Below are positions 27,383-35,142 of a DNA stretch of 35,142 bases, in pieces (position 1 is the stretch's first letter; every line of letters starts with the position of its first letter). The stretch lies in sequence record SRR22947727_395; one strand, 5' to 3'. The notes below the pieces were generated by a model, which ran no database searches, was not told the DNA's origin, and saw only the letters and a list, made by a program, of their open reading frames with translations. A program made the translations under genes and the position numbers.

Positions 27383-27438
27383 AACACAGTAGAGAACCAC
27401 AAGTCGAGAACAGTTAAAGTCAGCTCCAAGGGATCAAT

Positions 27439-27960
27439 ATGATTAGCTTTGAATTAAACGGTAAAACAACAGAGGTGAGCGCAGCACCCGACACTCCCCT
27501 TTTATGGGTGATTAGAGATCACCTCAAACTTAAGGGCTCTAAGTTTGGCTGTGGCATGGGCCTATGCGGGGCCTGTAGTATGTTGGTTGATGGCGAATCT
27601 ACCCGCACATGTTTACTACCACTAGCCGCCATTCAAGGACGAAAAGTCACCACTATTGAAGGCATTGGTAATCCTGACATGTTATCGACACTTCAATCGG
27701 CATGGGTTGAAGCCAGCGTAGCGCAATGTGGCTATTGCCAAAGCGGCCAGTTAGTAAGTGCCACCGCTTTATTGAGTAAAAATAGCAACCCTAGCGACAA
27801 TGATATCGACCAGGCTATGAGTGGAAATATTTGCCGCTGCGGTACTTATCCCAATATCAAGAAAGCCATTAAACAGGCTGCAAAAAACTTGAGGAAGGAG
27901 AACGGCCAGTTACAGATCGTCGCTTATTTTGACCCTAATTCGATACAGCAAGAGGCTTAA
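27439..27960 (+). CDS. iorA: 2x[2Fe-2S] subunit of an isoquinoline-1-oxidoreductase/aldehyde oxidoreductase-type molybdoenzyme
   Basis: KFGCGMGLCGAC, TCLLP, QCGYCQSGQ and GNICRCGTY. Confidence 0.9.
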   Translation: MISFELNGKTTEVSAAPDTPLLWVIRDHLKLKGSKFGCGMGLCGACSMLVDGESTRTCLLPLAAIQGRKVTTIEGIGNPDMLSTLQSAWVEASVAQCGYCQSGQLVSATALLSKNSNPSDNDIDQAMSGNICRCGTYPNIKKAIKQAAKNLRKENGQLQIVAYFDPNSIQQEA

Positions 27961-30221
27961 TGATGGCAACTTCCCGCTCTACAGATATCGCTTTAAAAAC
28001 TGAAGGTGTCAATACCTCACGCCGTAGCTTTCTTAAAAACATGTCATTGGCCGGAGGCGGTTTGGTGGTTGGACTGCCATTAACCGCCTGTGCCAACATT
28101 TCACTGCCCAATGCAAGCGAATCAGCGTTACAGCCTAATGCTCTACTGCAGATTACCCGCGACAACGTAGTTAACTTCTACCTCCCTCGATCTGAAATGG
28201 GACAGGGCATCTATACGGGCCTAACTACTATTGTGGCAGAGGAATTGGACATCCACCCCGAGCGCATTAACGTCATTAATGCTGGACTACACGAGGACTA
28301 TAAAAATCTTGAATTCGAACTCCAGGTCACTGGTGGTAGCAATAGCATACGCACGCATTTTTTGCCCCTACGTCACCTCGCGGCCAATGCTCGCTTAGCT
28401 ATTCGACAAGCGGCTGGGCAACAGCTAAATCGTAATCTAGCTGATATACAGACCGATAACGGCAAAATCATAATTGATGGCAAAGCGGTTGATTATGGCG
28501 AATTCGCAGATTATGCCAATACACTGCCTTTTCCTGAAGACGCACCACTTAAAGATAAGCTCCAATTTAAATATATCGGCAAAGATAATCCAAGGCTCGA
28601 TGGAGTAGCCAAGGCGACAGGTACAGCACAATTTGGTATTGATGTTGACTTTGAAGGATTGTTTAGGGCGGCATTAAAACGATGCCCTGTTATGGGTGGC
28701 ACGGTAAAATCATTTGATGATACAGATGCCAAAGGAATGCCGGGCGTGAAGTCTATTGTTAAAATTCATAATGGCGTAGCAGTGATCGCAGATCATTATT
28801 ACCAAGCAAAAAATGCCCTTCCTAAGCTTAAGATACAATGGAATCTACCAGAGACTCTTTCAAAATTCAGTTCTGATTCAACAGCACCTGATAACGGCAA
28901 GGGCTTATTTAAAACAGCCTTAGATAGCGATAATGCTACCAATGTATTTGAAAAAGGTGAGGGGCTAAGTGCATTACAAAATGCACATGCAGTCATTTCA
29001 GCTGAATACTGGGCACCCTACTTGGCGCACGCCACCATGGAACCCATGAACTGTACGGCTAAATTAACCGACAACAGATTAGAATTGTGGGTCGGCTGCC
29101 AATCACCCGAGCTTGCCAAGAATTTAGCAGCTTACTATGCCGATGTACCGGCAGACAATATCATTATTCGCAGTACCTTTTTAGGGGGTGGTTTCGGCCG
29201 ACGTAGCGAATCTGATTTTGTGGCGGAAGCTGCGGCAATTGCAAAGGTATCTAACCTGCCGATTCAATTATGCTGGAGTCGAGAAGATGATATGCAAAAC
29301 GATAATTATCGTCCAGCGTCAATGGCAAGGTTTACAGTAGGTCTAAACAAAGCAGGCCTAATTGACAGCTGGACAGTGAAGCGTGCTGGGCCCCAACTGA
29401 TGCCCTATGTTATAGATAATTTAGTGGACGGTATCATGCCCAGCATACTACCCAACGCCTTTGTGGATTGGATGAGTAAAGTCGGCTACAGTCTTTATGA
29501 CAGTCTGCTTGTGGATCATACAAGCGTTGAAGGGCTATATGAAGACTATGACGCGCCCAATAAATCCTCTGATCATATCACCGCAGATCCTGGCCTGCCT
29601 GTTGGCGCTTGGCGCAGTGTTGGCCATTCTTATAGTGGGTTCTTTAAAGAAAGCATGATGGACGAAATCGCGGCCATTCAAAACCAAGATAGTGTTGAGT
29701 TTCGCCTTAAGCATTTAAAAAACAACCCTAAATTGGCTAACGTATTAAGCGTAGTTGCTGAAAAGTCAGGCTGGAATAAACCCTTACCCAAAGGCCATTA
29801 TCAGGGCGTGGCAGTCCACGCGTCCTTCAGTTCATTTGTCGCACAAGTTGCTCAAGTATCAGTTGTCGACAATCAGCTTTTTGTCCATAAAGTTACATGT
29901 GCAATTGACTGTGGCCTCGCGATTAATCCAGGCATCGTAAAAGCGCAAATGGAAAGTGGCATTATTGATGGATTAAGTGCCGCGTTGTATGGCGAAATTA
30001 CATTGAAAAATGGCGTCATCCAGCAAAGTAACTTCCATGATTATCCGGCCCTGCGCATCAATGAATCCCCTGAAATAGACGTAGTTATCATCGACAGCGA
30101 TGAGGCACCTACAGGTGTTGGCGAGCCGGGTTTACCCCCTATTGCGGCGGCCGTTGCCAATGCCATATTCGCGGCAACCGGAACGCGGTTGAGAAGCTTA
30201 CCCCTAAAACTGGAGGGTTAG
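27960..30221 (+). CDS. iorB: Molybdopterin-binding subunit, IorB-like, with Tat signal
   Basis: SRRSFLK Tat motif, RSEMGQG, TGGSNS, HATMEPMNC, GGGFGRR, WRSVGHS and GVGEPG. Start overlaps the iorA stop. The symbol denotes the family; the substrate is unknown. Confidence 0.88.
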   Translation: MMATSRSTDIALKTEGVNTSRRSFLKNMSLAGGGLVVGLPLTACANISLPNASESALQPNALLQITRDNVVNFYLPRSEMGQGIYTGLTTIVAEELDIHPERINVINAGLHEDYKNLEFELQVTGGSNSIRTHFLPLRHLAANARLAIRQAAGQQLNRNLADIQTDNGKIIIDGKAVDYGEFADYANTLPFPEDAPLKDKLQFKYIGKDNPRLDGVAKATGTAQFGIDVDFEGLFRAALKRCPVMGGTVKSFDDTDAKGMPGVKSIVKIHNGVAVIADHYYQAKNALPKLKIQWNLPETLSKFSSDSTAPDNGKGLFKTALDSDNATNVFEKGEGLSALQNAHAVISAEYWAPYLAHATMEPMNCTAKLTDNRLELWVGCQSPELAKNLAAYYADVPADNIIIRSTFLGGGFGRRSESDFVAEAAAIAKVSNLPIQLCWSREDDMQNDNYRPASMARFTVGLNKAGLIDSWTVKRAGPQLMPYVIDNLVDGIMPSILPNAFVDWMSKVGYSLYDSLLVDHTSVEGLYEDYDAPNKSSDHITADPGLPVGAWRSVGHSYSGFFKESMMDEIAAIQNQDSVEFRLKHLKNNPKLANVLSVVAEKSGWNKPLPKGHYQGVAVHASFSSFVAQVAQVSVVDNQLFVHKVTCAIDCGLAINPGIVKAQMESGIIDGLSAALYGEITLKNGVIQQSNFHDYPALRINESPEIDVVIIDSDEAPTGVGEPGLPPIAAAVANAIFAATGTRLRSLPLKLEG

Positions 30222-30276
30222 GTGCTAATAAACCTAGGCTGATTTTAAGCAACAATAATATAACTGAATAACTATT

Positions 30277-31926
30277 ATGCTTTCCACCTACACAGATTAC
30301 CTTAACCAATGGAATAGTCAGTATCCGAATCAAGTATGGCTGCGCGAGCGAAACGGAGATGCAGATACTGACTGGAGTTGGCATCAGGCTCACACTGAAA
30401 TCAATGCTATTGCCTGCTGGCTCGAATCTCGCTTTGAGACCACTGGACATCGTATCGGACTGCTATCACGCAACCGTGCCCACTGGTATTTTGCCGACCT
30501 AGGCGCCTGCGCCGCCGGCCATGTGGTAGTGCCCATGTTCACTACCGCGTCAAGCGAAACTGCTGACTATGTAATGAACTTTACCGAGATGAAGGTGCTG
30601 TTTGTTGGCGAGACAGAGAATTGGGATCAGGTGCGGCGTGTACTGCCTGAAGGTATTCTTCTGATTGCTCTGCCCGGCGTCGAACTTGCTGAGGAGCATT
30701 TGCGCTGGGAAGATCTAGCGGCCCCCTTTAGAGGCAGTATGCCCGCTTATCAGTGCCAGGCCGATGACCTGGTGTCTCTGGTGTTTACTTCGGGAACCAC
30801 TGGAGCACCCAAAGGGGTCATGCAGACCCACAGTTCTAATCTGATTCCAATCGCGCGCTTTAGCAGCACGTTCTCCATGAAAGTAGGTGCAAGATTCTTT
30901 TCCTATCTTCCACTGGCACACATCGCCGAAAGACAGGTAGTAGAGGGCAGCTCTCTGGTCAACTGCGGTGAAGTCCACTTCAATGAAAACCTTGGCACCC
31001 TGCTACGCGATCTGCCCCTCTGCCGCCCAGGCTTTATGTTTGGTCCACCGCGAGTCTGGGAGCAACTGCAACAGGGTATTATTGCTCAGTTTGGGTCGCA
31101 GGATGCGGTGGATGCAGCCCTTGAAGCAGATGCCGAGGCCGTAGGAAAAATGATTCGCGAGAAGCTTGGCCTGGATCAGGCTGAGTATCTGCTGACGGCC
31201 GCCGCACCCACACCTCCAGCTCTGATTCACTGGTATGACCGCTTTGGTATCTGCCTGATGGAAGGCTTTGGGCAAACGGAATGCATGGGGCCCATTGTGT
31301 CTCGCAAAGAGGAGCGGCGCATTGGTTCAATCGGCAAACCAACCAGCGGTATTGAAGTCCGTGTGACTGAGGACGATGAGCTTCTGGTAAAAGCCCCAGG
31401 CTGCTCTCCGGGCTACTACAATATGCCAGATAAAACCGCTGAGACCTTTGTCGATGGATGGGTTCATACTGGGGATAAAGTACGAATAGATGAAGATGGA
31501 TTTTACTATATTACCGGGCGAGTCAAAGATTACTTTAAAACCATTCAGGGTAAATTTGTAGCACCAACTCCAATAGAAAACATCTTCGCCGAGAACCCCT
31601 TTACTGAACAATTATGCCTTCTGGGCAGGGGCTACTCTAAAACAACAATGACCTGTGTGCTCAGTGCCATAGCACTTGAACAATCCAGAGACGTGGTGGA
31701 AGCTGCTCTTCTGGAACGAGTTAAGGCTGTCGATATTGAAGTGGAAAAGCATGCGAGGATTGGGGCTGTGATGATATCTGCAGAGCCTTGGTCTATAGAT
31801 AATAATGTGCTTACCCCAACCATGAAGATTCGCCGGGACATGGTAGAAGAACTGTTTGGAGAGAAAGCCCGCGAGCTGGCGCAGAAATCCGCTGAAACTA
31901 AACAAATTTTGTTTCACTGGTGCTAG
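30277..31926 (+). CDS. AMP-forming long-chain acyl-CoA synthetase
   Basis: FTSGTTGAPKG, SYLPLAHIAER, GFGQTE, GWVHTGD, GRVKDYFKT and LTPTMKIRR. Confidence 0.93.
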   Translation: MLSTYTDYLNQWNSQYPNQVWLRERNGDADTDWSWHQAHTEINAIACWLESRFETTGHRIGLLSRNRAHWYFADLGACAAGHVVVPMFTTASSETADYVMNFTEMKVLFVGETENWDQVRRVLPEGILLIALPGVELAEEHLRWEDLAAPFRGSMPAYQCQADDLVSLVFTSGTTGAPKGVMQTHSSNLIPIARFSSTFSMKVGARFFSYLPLAHIAERQVVEGSSLVNCGEVHFNENLGTLLRDLPLCRPGFMFGPPRVWEQLQQGIIAQFGSQDAVDAALEADAEAVGKMIREKLGLDQAEYLLTAAAPTPPALIHWYDRFGICLMEGFGQTECMGPIVSRKEERRIGSIGKPTSGIEVRVTEDDELLVKAPGCSPGYYNMPDKTAETFVDGWVHTGDKVRIDEDGFYYITGRVKDYFKTIQGKFVAPTPIENIFAENPFTEQLCLLGRGYSKTTMTCVLSAIALEQSRDVVEAALLERVKAVDIEVEKHARIGAVMISAEPWSIDNNVLTPTMKIRRDMVEELFGEKARELAQKSAETKQILFHWC

Positions 31927-31988
31927 CGAAAATCTGCAACTGCTACTTATGAAATGCAGTAATCGCAAACAGCTGTAACTTTGCTGAT

Positions 31989-32009
31989 AAAAACCCCTGT
32001 TTTAGGGGT
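31989..32009 (-). terminator. Probable rho-independent terminator of guaBA
   Basis: Minus strand reads ACCCCT-AAAAC-AGGGGT followed by a T-run, located between convergent genes. Confidence 0.6.
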
Positions 32010-32010
32010 G

Positions 32011-32060
32011 GTTTGTAACAAGTTTGTAACTCCCAACTCTATATAAATCAATGGGTTACA
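32011..32060. other. att-like junction signature at the guaA 3' end: IHF consensus plus direct repeats
   Basis: GTTTGTAAC at 32011-32019 and 32022-32030. AATCAATGGGTTA (32046-32058) fits WATCAAnnnnTTR exactly. Inverted GTTACA at 32055-32060. Confidence 0.55.
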
Positions 32061-32069
32061 CCTACCCGA

Positions 32070-33647
32070 CTACTCCCACTCAATAGTAGCTGGCGGCTTA
32101 CTGGATACATCGTAAGTCACCCGAGAAACCTCGGTAATTTCATTGATAATACGGTTGGATACCTTCTCTAACAGCTCATAGGGAAGGTGCGCCCAACGTG
32201 CAGTCATAAAGTCGATAGTCTCTACAGCACGCAGTGCAATCACCCATTCATAGCGGCGCGCATCACCCACTACACCCACAGATTTAATGGGCAGGAATAC
32301 AGCAAAGGCCTGACTGGTTTTATGGTACCAGCCGGAGTTGTGCAGCTCTTCGATAAAGATGGCGTCAGCTTCGCGGAGAATATCAGCATATTCTTTCTTA
32401 ACTTCACCGAGAATACGCACGCCCAGACCGGGACCGGGGAACGGATGGCGGTAAACCATATCGTAGGGCAGACCCAGCTCAACACCGATTTTGCGCACTT
32501 CGTCTTTAAACAGTTCCCGCAGTGGCTCAACCAGATCCAGGGCCATATCATCAGGCAGGCCGCCTACATTGTGATGGGACTTAATGACATGGGCCTTGCC
32601 GGTTTTAGAGGCAGCAGACTCAATTACATCCGGGTAGATCGTGCCCTGCGCAAGGAATTTTACATTGTCGATTTTATGGGACTCTTCATCGAAGACTTCG
32701 ATAAAGGTATTGCCTATCACTTTGCGCTTGGCTTCCGGGTCACTAACACCCACCAGGCCGCCGAGAAATTTATCCTGGGCATTGGCGCGAATAACTTTTA
32801 CGCCCATATTTTTGGCGAACATTTCCATCACCATATCGCCTTCATTTTTGCGCAGCAGGCCATTGTCCACAAACACACAGGTCAGCTGGTCGCCAATAGC
32901 TTTGTGCAACAGCGCTGCAACCACGGAGGAATCAACACCCCCGGAGAGGCCCAACAGCACATGGCTATCGCCAACCTGCTCCTGAACACGGGCAATCTGA
33001 TCTTCAATAATAGCGGCTGCATTCCACAGGGCATCACAGCCACAGATTTGCAGGGCGAAATGTTCAAATATACGCTGCCCCTGAAGGGTGTGAGTCACCT
33101 CAGGGTGGAACTGAATGCCGTAGAATTTTTTGTCTTCATTGACCATGCCGGCAATTGGGCAGGATGGGGTTGAGGCCATCAGGCTAAAGCCCTCGGGCAT
33201 GGCCACTACCTTGTCACCATGGCTCATCCACACATCCAGCAGTGACTCACCATTGTGCCCTACATGGTCTTTAATATCCTGCAGCAGAGCGGATTCGCTC
33301 TCTACCTGCACCTGGGCGTATCCAAACTCGCGCACATCTGAGGTATCAACCTTGCCTCCCAACTGGCTAGCCATGGTCTGCATGCCGTAGCAAATACCCA
33401 ACACCGGCAGGCCCATGGTGAATACGCAGTCTGGCGCGCTGGGTGCATCTGCCCCACCGGTAACCGACTCCGGACCACCGGAGAGAATAATGCCCATAGG
33501 ATCAAACTCGCGAATTTCTTCTTCAGTTATATCCCAGGCACGAATTTCAGAGAAGACGCCAATCTCGCGTACACGGCGGGCAATTAACTGGGTGTACTGA
33601 GACCCGAAGTCGAGAATAAGAATTTTTTGCGAATGTAGATCTGACAT
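32070..33647 (-). CDS. guaA: GMP synthase (glutamine-hydrolysing)
   Basis: [48 protein letters not shown] and KPPATIEWE. Confidence 0.99.
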   Translation of the reverse strand: MSDLHSQKILILDFGSQYTQLIARRVREIGVFSEIRAWDITEEEIREFDPMGIILSGGPESVTGGADAPSAPDCVFTMGLPVLGICYGMQTMASQLGGKVDTSDVREFGYAQVQVESESALLQDIKDHVGHNGESLLDVWMSHGDKVVAMPEGFSLMASTPSCPIAGMVNEDKKFYGIQFHPEVTHTLQGQRIFEHFALQICGCDALWNAAAIIEDQIARVQEQVGDSHVLLGLSGGVDSSVVAALLHKAIGDQLTCVFVDNGLLRKNEGDMVMEMFAKNMGVKVIRANAQDKFLGGLVGVSDPEAKRKVIGNTFIEVFDEESHKIDNVKFLAQGTIYPDVIESAASKTGKAHVIKSHHNVGGLPDDMALDLVEPLRELFKDEVRKIGVELGLPYDMVYRHPFPGPGLGVRILGEVKKEYADILREADAIFIEELHNSGWYHKTSQAFAVFLPIKSVGVVGDARRYEWVIALRAVETIDFMTARWAHLPYELLEKVSNRIINEITEVSRVTYDVSSKPPATIEWE

Positions 33648-33665
33648 TGATTAACCCTAAAAAAC

Positions 33666-33697
33666 AAAGGCTGCGATATTGTTTGAACGCAGCCTTT
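33666..33697 (-). terminator. Stem-loop between guaB and guaA (partial terminator or mRNA stabiliser)
   Basis: AAAGGCTGCG-12 nt-CGCAGCCTTT flanked by A/T runs. Confidence 0.5.
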
Positions 33698-33725
33698 TTT
33701 AAAACACAGTGACAGCATCAATAGC

Positions 33726-35142
<1,417 letters not shown>

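Noticed and set aside
32187-33173. 328-aa plus-strand ORF, and similar antisense ORFs at 34446-35033, 12867-13355, 16673-17224 and 2221-2637
   Set aside because: These are shadows of well-supported genes on the opposite strand, with no recognisable motifs or RBS.

Overview
Gammaproteobacterial chromosomal window (marine Cellvibrionales/OM60-SAR92-like by gene content, which is inference only). The right end carries housekeeping guaB-guaA on the minus strand. The ~32 kb downstream of guaA looks like an accessory catabolic island, and an IHF consensus plus short direct repeats sit immediately after the guaA stop. The island encodes two TonB-dependent receptors, an APC permease, two Tat-exported spermidine-dehydrogenase-like flavoproteins, a cytochrome c/PQQ dehydrogenase, an IorAB-type molybdoenzyme, an aryl-alcohol dehydrogenase, an aldehyde dehydrogenase, two acyl-CoA synthetases, an esterase, an acetylpolyamine amidohydrolase, three cupins and two paralogous TetR regulators. 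It also encodes a secreted linalool dehydratase/isomerase (LinD/Ldi)-like enzyme translationally coupled to a DsbA-family lipoprotein. An 18-bp palindrome, ACATGTC-N4-GACATGT, occurs nine times (three perfect copies). All copies lie in six intergenic promoter regions, and they overlap predicted sigma70 elements. This ties most of these genes into one apparent TetR regulon for uptake and largely periplasmic breakdown of an unidentified amine-, aryl- or terpenoid-type substrate.
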